Of a stretch of 64,000 nt of DNA, positions 25,946 to 38,515 are shown in pieces. Location of the stretch: the NCBI RefSeq assembly GCF_020745735.1, contig NC_083435.1, forward strand, positions 37,659,090-37,723,089, in the 5' to 3' direction. The notes under the pieces are model-generated. The model saw only the letters and a program-made list of their open reading frames with translations. It did no database searches and had not been told where the DNA came from. Position 1 is the stretch's first letter; every line of letters begins with the position of its first letter. This DNA comes from Hemiscyllium ocellatum (Eukaryota). Position numbers and translations under genes: made by a program.

Positions 25946-26762
25946 GTAATAAAAGGGGGCATACCTGAAAACAGCTTACCTTCTTAAAATTCTTCGAGCA
26001 GATATAAAGTGCCACACCTATGGAAGTGGAAGAAAGAATCTGTCTCCGTCCTGTAAACTGATCTGCTGAATGCTCCTATGAAATTAATAACTCGCCCAGC
26101 CATTGACAATAGACGCTACTGCGGTTGGTGAAGCAACCCTACAATACAAACCCTTCACTGCAGCCAAGCGACTGAAATGCCAGATCTGAGTGATCTGATC
26201 CAACTTCAGTCAGATTCAATTTCTACCTTCACCTGCAATTAGTGGGGGGTTTTGTGAATGAAATAATAGCTTTAAGGGACTGGAATTTACTTGAGTAATG
26301 CAGACACAAATCTATTCTTTTTTTAAATAAACGGAATTTCTGCTAGATTACTTCTCACTGCTAAAGAGGAGGTATATACATAAATAAATTTATCAGTAGC
26401 TTTGTGTGAAACATGTTTTAAAGCAACTATAACAACTGAAAGCTTCAAACTGAAATTAAACCCCTTGCAAATGAACTGAACCTGACTTTTAAACAATTTG
26501 ATCTATATTACTATCCCTTCCTTTTCCAAATATTTCAGGAAATAATGACAAGTAAGAAAGTTAGGATGGCTAAATTTTAGTGCACAAATTTAGAACAAAA
26601 GGATTTCATTTGGAAATAATTTGTGTCCTTAAACATTGAACAGCTATGAGATGTAGTGAAACGGGTAGGACTGAAAATACAGAATCAGACAAAGAGAGGG
26701 ATTTGTAAAAAGTTAGAAAAACTGAGGTAGAATTTCAGGAAAACAGAAGAGAAGAAAGATCG

Positions 26763-27335
26763 TAGAACATAGAACATTACAGCACAGTACAGGCCCTTCA
26801 GCCCTTAATTGCTGAAAATGTGTTGCTGGAAAAGCGCAACAGGCCAGGCAGCATCCAAGGAGCAGGAGAATCGATGTTTCGGGCATGAGCCCTTCTTCAG
26901 GAATGGGCTTTCCTGAACTTTCCTGAAGAAGGGCTTATGCCCGAAATGTCGAATCTCCTGCTCCTTGGATGTTGCCTGACCTGCTGCGCTTTTTCAGCAA
27001 CACATTTTCAGCTCTGACCTCCAGCATCTGCAGACCTCACTTTCTCCTCTTCAGCCCTTAATGTTATGCCAACCTGTGAAACCGACGTGAAGCCCATCTA
27101 ACCGACACTATTCCATTCTCATCCATATGTTTTTCCATAAAGTTGGCGAGTCTACTACTGTTGCAGGTAGGCCATTCCATGCTCTTACAACTCTCTGAGT
27201 GTAGAGCTTACCTCTGACATCTGTCCTCTATCTATAACCCCTCAGTTTAAAGCTATGTTCCCTTGGGCTGGCCATCACCACCTAAGGGAAAAGGCTCTCA
27301 CTGACCACTCTATCTAATCCTCTGAATATCTTGTG
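26763..27335 (-). mobile_element. CR1 3' end with an inserted Penelope-derived hairpin (about 26811-27048)
   Basis: The insert is flanked by TTCAGCCCTTAAT direct repeats and has an internal inverted structure. Confidence 0.8.
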
Positions 27336-28049
27336 AACTGGGGAGAAAGGGGAGCTGGGAAGCTGCTCTTGATAGATGGAGAATTATATCAGCTCGGAGC
27401 AGCTAAGGCAAATATATCATTGCCCAAGGGTTCTCTGTTATCCGCAAGCCTATCAGCCCAGAGAACCAACCATTTACTCAGTACCACTCCCTGTTGATTG
27501 TAACATCCTTGAGTTTCTCCCCTTCTTCCATTTCCTGACTTACAGGCATTAATTGTAGCCTCTACAGTGAAGACCATTGCGAAGTAGCTATTTACTAATT
27601 GATCCCTTAGAGCTAAAGGATCAAGAGGTCTGGGGGAAAGCCAGGAGCAGGGTACAGAATTGGATGATCAGTCATGATCATATGGAATGGTGGAGCAGAG
27701 CTGAAGGATCAAATGCCCATTTTCAGTTCCTATTTTCCATTCTCTACTTGAATCGAAGGAAGATAAGAATATAATAGTCTTTAATCCAATGAAAGAAGGA
27801 AGGGGCAGTTTAAAAACAAAAGGGAAGGCATATGATTGGGTGGAGAGAAAGAAAGGTAAATGAGGAACAGGTCAATGACAGAAAAGCAAAACAGTAGGGC
27901 AATGGTTATCGAGAAAATTGAAAGGCATATTCAGAGGTGGCATCAGTGGTTAAGTAGAAGCTGTCTGAATGCAACATGGAGGGAGAAAGAAAGAATCAAA
28001 GCAAAAGAATATTAACAAGATAGAGGCAGACGTTATGAACTGAAAAAAA

Positions 28050-29510
28050 AACTTGCCTTTACTTGCTGAGGCATATAGTATAAGATCAGGGAAGTTATGC
28101 TGGAACTGCATAAAATATTGTTTAGATCACAGCTAGAATATTTTGCACAGTTCTGGAATTCACATTATAGGAAGGGTGTGACTGCATTGGAGAGGGCACA
28201 GAGGAGATTCCCCGGGAAGTTGCCTGGGATGGAAAGTTTCAGTTATGAAGGCAAATTCAACTGGCTGGGGTTGTTTTACAAAGATAGGTAGAGGGACAGG
28301 TAGCATTGAGAAGGCATGGAGGCTGCGGAAGGATTTGGACAGGTTAGGGAGAGTGGGAAAAGAAGTGGCAGACGGAATACAACATGGGAAAGTGTGAGGT
28401 CATGGGCTTTGATAGGAAGATTAGAGGCATGAACTATTTTCTAAATGGGGAGAAAATTCAGAATTCTGAAGTGCAACGTGACTTGGGAGTCCTAGTCCAG
28501 CATTTTCTCAAGCTAAACTTGCAGGTTGAGTCAGTAGTTAGGAAGGTAATTGCAATGATGGCATTTATTTTGTGAGGGCTTGAATATAAAAGCAGGGATG
28601 GACTTCGGAGGCTCTATAAGGCTGTGGTCAGACCACGTTTGGAGTATTGTGTGCAGTTTTGGGCCCCATACCTCAGGAAGGATGTACTAGCCCTGGAGTG
28701 GGTCCAGAGGAAGTTCACGAGAATGATCTCAGGAATGAAAAGCTTAACATATAAGAAATATTTGAGGACTCTGGGGCTATACTTGATGGAGTTTAGAAGG
28801 ATGAGGGAGCGTTCTGATTGAAACATACAGAATACTGAATGGCCTGGACAGCGTGGATATTGGGAAGATGTTTCCATTGGTAGGAGAGACAAGGACCTGA
28901 GGGCACAGCCTTAGAGTAAAGGGAAGAACTTTTAGAATGGTGATAAGGAGAAACATCTTCAGCCAGAGGGTGGTGAATCTATGGAATTCATTGCCACTGC
29001 AGGCTGTGGAGGCCAGGACATTGAGTATGTTTAAGACTGAGATGGATAGGTTCTTGATTGTCAAGGGGATCATGGGTTATGGGGAAAAGTGGAAGAATGA
29101 GGTTGATAAACTTATCAACCACGATGCAATGGCAGAGCAGACCCGATGGGCTGAATGGCCTAATTTCTGCTCCTATGTCTGATGGTCTTATGGTTTTCCT
29201 GAGAGCAGAGGGCATTGAAAAGAGAGATGATTGTGATGTTATGTTATTAAGTTATGAGGGGCATAGACAAGGTGGACAGAAACCTTTCCCCTGGTGGAGA
29301 GATCAATGAAAGATGGGCATAGATTTAAGGCTAGGGGCAGAGGAGATATGAGGAATCTCGCTGCCTGTATGGCACAACATTTACGAAGTATTTAGATGTA
29401 CACTTGCAATGCCAAGTCTGACAAGGTTATGGGTCAAGTGCTGGAAAATGGGATTCAAATAATTAGGTAACTGTTATGGCCAGCACAGATTCAATGGGCC
29501 AAAGGTACTG
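28050..29510 (+). mobile_element. Stacked CR1 fragments
   Basis: LHKILFRSQLEYFAQFW; VRPRLEYCVQFWAPYLRKD; RRNIFSQRVVNLWNSLP. Confidence 0.85.
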
Positions 29511-30569
29511 TACATCTCTCCAATTCCAATTCATCTGTCATCTCCTTAATTCCCCAGATTCACCATCGATCCGGCTCAAGAGATCTTCCTTTCCAAAATT
29601 AAGCTTAAATATGGTGGAAGCGAATGACTTAGAAAACTTGCATTCCAGGGAAAGCCGTCAATTCTGTTAAAGTGAAGACCATGTTTTTCACTCATTGTCA
29701 ATGAATAGCATTTGTGAGCTGAGCCAGTACTGGATTCCATTTGCACTCCAATAGTGTTTACCATTTTATCCTGGTGGAAATAGGTCTAGAATCTGAACTG
29801 GAAGCCTTGTAAAAGAGTACACAAAAACATTTTACGTATGTAACTAAACTGCAGAATTCTCTTTCACAACTTCTGGTTTTGGGGCATTAAGTGTTCAGAT
29901 CTCAGTCCATGCAGTAGGATCTCACCTTCCAGCAATGGAAAATTCTACACAATGATGATTCTTTCCTCGAGTCACATCTCCATTTTGTCCTGTCAAGACT
30001 ACAGCCTGGAACAAAGTCCTCTGAGCTTCCCTCCTCCGCTGCTTGGATGTTCTCTTTGATCATTGCTCAGCTCCTTTTACCAGCTGATGAGCTGAGACCT
30101 GGAAACTCCCTAAGTGATGAAGAATAGCCTTGAGTACAGTGTAATGAAACTATAGGGTATGTTTAAAACACTGGATGAAGAGAATTCTCCATGCAGACCC
30201 TCCACACTCAGACCAAAGTAACATCAAGACACTTGGAATAACATTCCTGAAAAACGTGCTTTGCAATTGTTGGCTTTTTCAAGAATAAAATACAAAGTGC
30301 TGGACCTTCCTTTGCCAATGTCAGTGAATGTTGAGACATCTTTGGCTGTTTGTGTTTTAGGACCCACTGGAAGTCCTCCTATGCACAAAGGTTTCAGTTC
30401 AGCACAGTAGCTGCCAAAGAAGTTTGAACTTTTGTTGGGCTAATTTGCACTGCCAGGAGTAGTATGCTCACCCCCACATTTGAATGGTTTCTCCCTTGTA
30501 TGTGTGCTTGGAAGGCAACCACAATTGACTTTGCCCATCAACCAATTGTCTGACTATACTGAGACACTG

Positions 30570-30960
30570 GGCATGTAGGAGGTTGAGAGGCGACTTATAG
30601 ATGTTCATAAAATAATGAGGGATATGGATAAAGGAAATGGTAGTTGTCTTTTCCCTCAGATGGGGGTTGTCTCAAGACTGGGGGGGGGCATATATTTAAG
30701 GTGAGAGGAGAAAGATTCAAAAAAAGACACGAGGGACAATTTTTTTACACAGAGGGTGGTTCACGTGCGGAATGGATTTCCTCAGGAAGTGGTGGATGTG
30801 GGCACAATTGCAACGTTTAAAAGCCATTTGGATAGGTACAGTGACAGGAAAGTTTTGGAAGGATATGGGCCAGGAGCAGGCAAGTGGGACTAGTTTAGTT
30901 TGGAATTATGTTCGATGTTGGATCAAAGGGTTTGTTTCCATTCTGTATATCTCTATAACT
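30570..30960 (+). mobile_element. CR1 3' fragment
   Basis: Typical C-terminal region and 3' UTR. Confidence 0.8.
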
Positions 30961-31914
30961 TTATATCAGAGGAGAATAAGATAGATACTATACGTGGTGG
31001 ACAATCAGGTGGAGAATTCCCGGAGCTGTACACTGGGCAGAGCGCAAGTTAGAAATCCAAATTTAAAAAGTTCAATACCACCAAAGTGCAACCTTCTCAG
31101 ATATATAAAGTGATTACAGATCAAGAGCCAAGTTATAAAGGAACAGAAACCAACTCAGATGATGTATAGAATATCGATCATGCATGAAAAGACTGAAGAA
31201 CAGCATTCTGACAATGATTGATGACATTGAACGCCTGCAACCCACAGTAAGTCAAGCAAGTTGTCAAACAAGTGCAATAGAAAACAACACATGAGACCAT
31301 AAGAAATGGGAACAGGAGTAGGCCATTTGGCCCCTCAAGCCTGCTCCACTATTCAATAGGAACATGGCGGATCCAACATTCCTCACATCCTGTTTCTTGC
31401 CCTTTCCCTGTAACCCTTGATTCCCCAAATGATCAAGATTCTATGTATTTCAGGCTTTAATATACACAAGGACTCTGCCCATAGCTCTCTTTCCAAGGAT
31501 TCAGATCGACTCACCAACCTCTTTATTCAATGGCATAAAAAGAGGCCGAAGCTGACCAAAAGTGAGCTAGCATTTCTGAGGATGCTGTGGAGATGGAGAA
31601 CATTACTTATCGTGTGATAAATTATACAGACATGCTGGTGCTAGTTCTCAGTCTTTCGTATTCCTGCAGTGTCTGTGACATTCGGTTTTATTTTAATTGG
31701 GGGGAAAAAAATTCCTGAAAGCTGTTGCTGCAGTGGCTTCTGATGGTCTGATACTTGTTAAAATTGACAGCTATGGCAACATGAATCACATGGGCCTTTG
31801 ATTCAGGTAGAAATGCTAACTGGAAATACTTCAGCCTCCCAACTTCATTCGATCTTGAAATTTAATGAACAGTTAATTTAAATGAAATCTTCCAGGCACA
31901 CCCAGACCATTTAG

Positions 31915-33630
31915 AAAAGTGGGGATGCAGGTGATAGGTCGGAGAGGAGGGTGGGGGAAGGTAGCAAAGAGTACAATGGGTGAATGGGATGGGATGAAGG
32001 TGACACGTCAGAGAAGAGGGTGGAGTGGAAATGAAGATAGGCAGGTAGGACAGGTCATGAGGAGGGTGCTGAGCTGGAAGGTTGGAGCTGGGGTGAGGTG
32101 GGGGAAGGGGAAATGAGGAAACTGTTGAAGTCCACATTGATGCCCTGGGGTTGAAGTGTTCCGAGGCAGAAAATGAGCCGTTCTTCCTCTAGGCGTTGGG
32201 TGGTGAGGGAGCGGCGGTGAAGGAGGCCCAGGACCTCTGCATATCCTCAGCTGAGTGGGATGGGGAGTTGAAATGTTGGGCACAGGGCGGTGTGGTTGAT
32301 TGGTGCGGGTGTCCTGGAGATGTTCCCTAAAGCGCTCTGCTAGGAGGCGTCCAGTCTCCCCAATATAGAGGAGACCACATCGGGAGCATCAGATACAATA
32401 AATGATATTGGTGGATGTGCAGGTAAAACTTTGATAGATGTGGAAGGCTCCTTTGGGACCTTGGATGGAGGTGAGGGAGGAGGTGTGGGTGCGGTTTTTG
32501 CAATTCTTGTGGTGGCAGGGTAAGGTGCCAGGACAGGAGGGTGGGTTGTTGGGGAGCGTGGACCTGACCAGGTAGTCACAGAGGGAACGGTCTTTGCAGA
32601 AGGCAGAAAGGGGTGGGGAGGGAAATATATCCTTGGTGGTGGGATCCGTTTGGAGGTGGTGGAAATGTTGGCGGATGATGTAGTTTATGCGAAGGTTGGT
32701 AGGGTGGAAGGTGAGCACCAGAGGGGTTTTGTCCTCGTTACAGTTGGAGGGATGGGGTTTGAGGACAGAGGTGCAGGATGTGGATGAGATGCGTGGGAGG
32801 GCATCTTTAACCACATAGGAAGGGAAATTGCAGTCTTTAAAGAAGGAGGCCATCTGGTATGTTCTGCGGTGGGCTCCTTTGTGGCCTTGGATGGAGGTGC
32901 GGGGGGAGGTGTGGGCGTAGCTCCTTTGGGGCCTTGGATGGAAGTTTTACCTGCACATCCACCAATATTATTTATTGTATCCGTTGCTCCCGATGCGGTC
33001 TCCTGTACATTGGGGAGACCGGACACCTCCTAGCAGAGCGCTTTAGAGAACATCTCCGGGACACCCGCACCAATCAACCACACCGCCCCGTGGCCCAACA
33101 TTTCAACTCCCCCTCCCACTCTGCCGACGACATGCAGGTCCTGGGCCTCCTTCACTGCCACTCCCTCACCACCAGACGCCTGGAGGAAGAACGCCTCATC
33201 TTCCGCCTCAGAACACTTCAACCCCAGGACATCAATGTGGACTTCAACAGTTTCCTCATTTCCTCTCCCCTCACCTTACCCCAGTTCCAACCTTCCAGCT
33301 CGGCACCTCATGACCTGTCCTACCTGCCAATCTCCTTTCCCACCTATCCACTCCACCCTCCTCTCTGACCTATCACCTTCTTCCCCACCCCTATACACTC
33401 ATTGCACTCTTTGCTACCTTCTCGCATCTTCATCTCTGACCTATCAACTCCATCCCCACCCCCATTCACCTCTTGTACTCTTGGCCACCTTCTCCCCAGC
33501 CACATCCCCTCCCATTTATCTCTCCACCCTGGAGGCTCCCTGCTTTCAGTCCTGATGAAGGGCTTTTGCCCGAAACATGGATTTTCCTGCTCCTCAGATG
33601 CTGCCTGACTGGGTGTGCTCTTCCAGCCCT
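31915..33630. mobile_element. Penelope-like element with an inverted GIY-YIG region
   Basis: Plus arm encodes IIYCIRCSRCGLLYIGETGHLLAERFREHL...VAQHFN (GIY-YIG); the same region lies antisense at 31915-32430; hammerhead-like core near 33550. Confidence 0.88.
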
Positions 33631-33736
33631 TGCAGCACTGGCTGTGCTCTAATGTAGACTCTTCATTTACACATGTGCAGTACATAGGATCTGACCAGCC
33701 AGCTCGGAGCCAGTCCCTAGACTGAGGAGACTATGT

Positions 33737-33877
33737 CAGGGCGCCATTCCTGATGAAGGGATTTTGCCTGAAGCGTCGATTTTCCTGCTCCTCTGATGCT
33801 GCCTGCTCTGCTGTGCTCTTCCAGCACCACTCTGATCTTGACTCTCATCTCCAGCATCTGCAGTACCCACTTCTGCC
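33737..33877. mobile_element. Penelope-derived short element with a 15-bp TSD
   Basis: CTGAGGAGACTATGT at 33722-33736 and 33878-33892. Confidence 0.85.
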
Positions 33878-34234
33878 CTGAGGAGACTATGTTGCATATT
33901 TTCCTTTTACAATGAAATGGAAATTTATAAAGCAAAACAAATGAAAATAAAATAAAATAATGCTTTTATGCATTGTTCAAATTCAAAAAGGTTTAAATAC
34001 AAGTAAACACATAATTCTGTTAATTCCAGACAGTCCTTTATAAGTTTAAAGAAAACATTTCTTCTACTGTACTTCAATAGCAAAAACTACACTGAAAATT
34101 GTAAAATCAAAGCTAAAGGAAAACCCCTTTTATGATGGGGTTGATTGTCACCAGAAAGGGCAAGAATATATGAATATTATAGTGCATTACAGAATCATAA
34201 AAGTGTAGAGAAATTTAATAAATTTTGTATCTTA

Positions 34235-36003
34235 ACAGACAAAGCATTTAGGATAAGGTAGATGGACAGTGCAAATCAAAGTAAATGGATAGGACCTCAC
34301 AACCATCACAGAGACATGGTTGCAAGATCAAAACTGGGAACCTGATGTTCGGCGGTATTAGACCTGTTTAAAAGGCAGGGGAGGAGGGAAAGCTGGTGGT
34401 ATTGCACTGTTAATCTGAGATGAAATGAGGACAGTTGTGAGAGAGGACCTAGACTCAGATAGTGTAGAGTCCAGTTGTGTAGAAGTCAAAAACAGCAAGG
34501 GCAACGAGACACTGGGGATCTATTGAATACTGTGACTAAATAATTGTCACTTTCTAAGAAAGAGCATAAATCAACAAATAATAAAAACATGTAAAAAGCC
34601 AGGATACTATAGACCAGTGAGCCTGGAGTCGGTGGTGGGCAGGTTGTTGGAGGGAATCCTGAGGGACAGGATGTACATGTATTTGGAAAGGCAAGGACTG
34701 ATTAGGGATCGTCAACATGGCTTTGTGTGTGGGAAATCATGTCTCACAAACTTGATTGAGTTTTTTGAGGAAGTAACAAAGAGGATTGATGAGGGCAGAG
34801 CAGTAGATGTGATCTATATGGGCTTCAGTAAGGCATTCGACAAGGTTCCCATGGGAGACTGGTCCGCAAGGTTAGATCTCAGGAATACAGAGAGGACTAG
34901 CCATTTGGATACAGAACTGGCTCAAAGGTAGAAGACAGAGGGTGGTGATGGAGAGTTGTTTTTCAGACTGGAGGCCTGTGACCAGTGGAGTGCCACAAGG
35001 ATCGGTGCTGGGTCCACTACTTTTCATCATTTATATAAATGATTTGGAAATGAGCATAAGAGGTGCAGTTAGTACTGTGCAAATGACACCAAAATTGGAG
35101 GTGTAGTGGACAGCAAAGAAGGTTACCTCAGATTACAGAAGGATCTGGACCAGATAGGCCAATGGGCTGAGAAGTGGCAGATGGAGTTTAATTCAGATAA
35201 ATGTGAGCTGTTGCATTTTGGGAAAGCAAATCTTAGCAGGACTTATACACTTAATGATAAGGTCCTAGGGAATGTTGCTGAACAAAGAGACCTTAGAGTG
35301 CAGGTTCATAGCACCTTGAAAGTAGAGTCGCTGGTAGATAGGATAGTGAAGGAGACCTTTGGTATGCTCCTCCTTTATTGGTCAGAGTATTGAGTACAGG
35401 AGTTGGGAGGTCATGTTGCAGCTGTACAGGACATTGATTAGGCCACTGTTGGAATATTGCGTGCAATTCTGGTCTCCTTCCTATCGGAAAGATGTTGTTA
35501 AACTTAAAAGGGTTCAGAAAAGATTTACAAGGATGTTACCAGGGTTGGAGGATTTGAGCTATAGGGAGAGATTGAACAGGCTGGGACTGTTTTCCCTGGA
35601 GCGTCGGAGGCTGAGGGGTGACCTTATAGCGGTTTACAAAATTATGAGGCACAAGGATAGGGTAAATAGGCAAAATCTTTTCCCTGGGGTCAGGGAGTCC
35701 AGAACTAGAGGGCATTGGTTTAGGGTGAGAGGGGAAAGATACAAAAGGGATTTAAGGGGCAACTTTCTCACACAGAGGGTGGTGCGTGTGTAGAATAAGC
35801 TGCTAGAGAATGTGGTGGAGGCTGGTACAATTGCAACATTTAAGAGGCATTTGGGTGGGTATACGAATAGGAAGAGTTTGGAGGGATATGGGCCAGGTGC
35901 TGGCAGGTGGGACTAGATGGGTTGGAATATCAGGTCGGCATGGACGGGTTGGACCGAAGAGTCTGTTTCCATGCTGTACATCGCTATGGCTGTATGACTC
36001 TAT
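34235..36003 (+). mobile_element. CR1 LINE ORF2 fragments
   Basis: HGFVCGKSCLTNLIEFFEEV...FSKAFDKVP; LYRTLIRPLLEYCVQFWSP; 3' tail. Confidence 0.9.
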
Positions 36004-36101
36004 GTAATAATTATGGATGACTTTAATCTTCATGTTGAATGTTTTAATCAAGCTGGAAAGGATCGCTGTGGCAGCAAATTCATAGAGTGAGTTAAGGATG
36101 G

Positions 36102-36804
36102 TGTTACGACATGGGGTAAACTCTCCTGCTTGATGTAAACCAGCAACACGGAAAATATTTATCCCGTGCAGTAATCTGTGAAAATTCAAGTGGCCAAGCA
36201 CTATTTAAAGTTAAAATTATTTCTTAAAGTATAACAGAGAATAATTAAATAACAACTATTTACAATTCTTTCCACTAACCTATCTTTTACCTTCCCTTTC
36301 CACAATATTAGTCAGAGAAAACTCCCAATTTAAATTTACAAAGCCAAACTTCTTATCTCAAAACCAGGCAGCCTTTAGTTTTCTCTGAATTCCTGTCATC
36401 TTTTCTCTTTCTTGGAGATACTGCTTCACAGGTTCCTGATCGATAAAGTAACCTCTAAGTGATCTATTTTTCTGGCAGTCTTTACATGCTAGTAGCTGGG
36501 CAGTTCTCCTCTCAACTGTTCAGTTTCCCCAGTCTTATACCCCCCCAAAGCATCGGATTGTGTAATTGGCTTTTAAGATTGTCAATATACTAAATTCAAA
36601 CTGGATTGGAGTTTGGTATTTTTCTGGGTATAATTTAAACTGTTTGGCCTAATTTGAATCTGTTTTTGCCTCTAGGCAACCAGCTACCTTAGCTGCTGGT
36701 CCAAAAGGTTGCATTGTGTCTTGTTCAGAATACTTGGTGCTGTCAGGTAGTTCTGCTAGCTTTTAACTTTCTTAAAGGTACAGTACGCCCACATCTTCAT
36801 AACA
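36102..36804. mobile_element. Solo LTR (703 bp) with a 4-bp TSD
   Basis: TGTTA...TAACA termini flanked by ATGG at 36098-36101 and 36805-36808; it interrupts CR1 sequence. Confidence 0.85.
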
Positions 36805-38515
36805 ATGGTTTCCTTGAACAATATATTGTTGAGGCAACCAAGGATTAGGCTGTCTTATAACTTGTAATGGGCAATGATGCAGCTTTAATAAATGATCTTT
36901 GAGTAAAATATCCCATAGGAAGTAGTGATCATAGCATGATAGAATTTGATATTCAGTTTGAAGGTGAGAAACTGTATCGGAAGCAACTGAACAATTGTTA
37001 AACTTAAATAAAGTAAATTACAGTGTACTGATTCTAGATGGAGCTAAAGTAAACTGGGTGGATACATTAACAAGAAAGACAGTGGCAGACATTGAAGGAG
37101 GTAATTCATGACTCTCAGCAGAAGTATATCCAAATAGGGAGGAGAGATTATAAAACAGATAAACCAACTATGTCTATCTGAGGAAGTTAAGGAGAATGTT
37201 AAGTTGAAAGAGAAAGTATATAGGGAGGTAGAACTTAATGGCAGCCCAAAGGACTGGACTAAGTTCAGAAATCAGTAAAGGAAGATAAAAAGGATAATAA
37301 AAAGAGAGAAGATAAATTATGAGGGCAGACTAGCAAGGAATATAACACTGACAATAAGAGCTCATTTACCTACATATAAAGGAAGAGAGAGCAAAGTGAA
37401 CAGAGGCCCGTTAGAAAATGAATCTGGGGAGATGGTTATAGGGACCAAAAAATGGTAGAGAAATTACACTGATATTTTGCATTGGCCTTTGTAATTGAAA
37501 ATACTTCAAATATTCTAGTATTACCACCAAATATAAGGGAGGAATTAACTGCCACCAACATCACTAGAGAAGTAGTATAAGCCAAATTAGTGGGATAAGA
37601 TAAATCATTCTGCTGGGTAAAGGATCTTAAAAGATCCTATAGGGATTGTGGATGCATTGGCTGGAATTTTCTAAAGATCCTTGGATTTTGGAGAAGTACC
37701 GGAGAATTGAAAAACTGACAATGTGATACCTTTATTCAGAAAGGGAGGAAAACTGAAAGCAGGTAAGTATGGGCTGATTCACATAATATCGAATTTTGGA
37801 ATCAGTTATTAGGAACGTAATAGCAGAACATTTGGAAAATCACAAACTAGTCAAGCATAGTCTGCATGGCTTCATGAAAAGAAAGTTTGTCTGACTAAAG
37901 ATTTATTAAATTTTTTGAGGAAGTCTCAATCAGAGTGAATAGAAGGGAACCAGTAGATGTGCTGTATTTGGAATTCCAGACAGCATTCAACAAGGTACCT
38001 CACAAAAGGTTAAGTCATAAGATGAGATCGTATGGTGTTGGGGTACTATATTGGCATGAATAGCGAACTTGCTAATGTGCATTTCTTCAGAGCAGTCACT
38101 AGATTTGGAATTGTAACTCTTAGCTCTCCCCAGATACTGCCAGACCTGCCAAGTTTCTCCAGTAACTTCTGTTTATGGTTGTTTCAGGTCTCTGACCTCC
38201 ACAGTTCTTTGTTTTGTTTCTAGATAGAATTTTAATCAGTAAGGGAATCAAAATTGTAGGTAAAAGGCAAGAAAATGGAATTGATTATCAGATCAGCTAC
38301 AATCTCTTGAGTGGTGGACTAGACTTGATGAGCTGAATGGAGAAAGTGAGGACTGCAGATGCTGGAAATCAGAGTCAAAGAGTGTAATGCTGGTGAAGAG
38401 CTAATGCTCAAAACATCGACTCTCCTGCTCCTCGGATGTCGCCTGAGCGACTGTGCTTTTCCAGCACCACACTCTTTGACGTGATTGGCTGAATGGCCTA
38501 TTTCTGTTCCTACAA
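36805..38515 (+). mobile_element. Old CR1 ORF2 remnant
   Basis: Degenerate endonuclease-linker-RT sequence continuous with 36010-36101. Confidence 0.7.
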
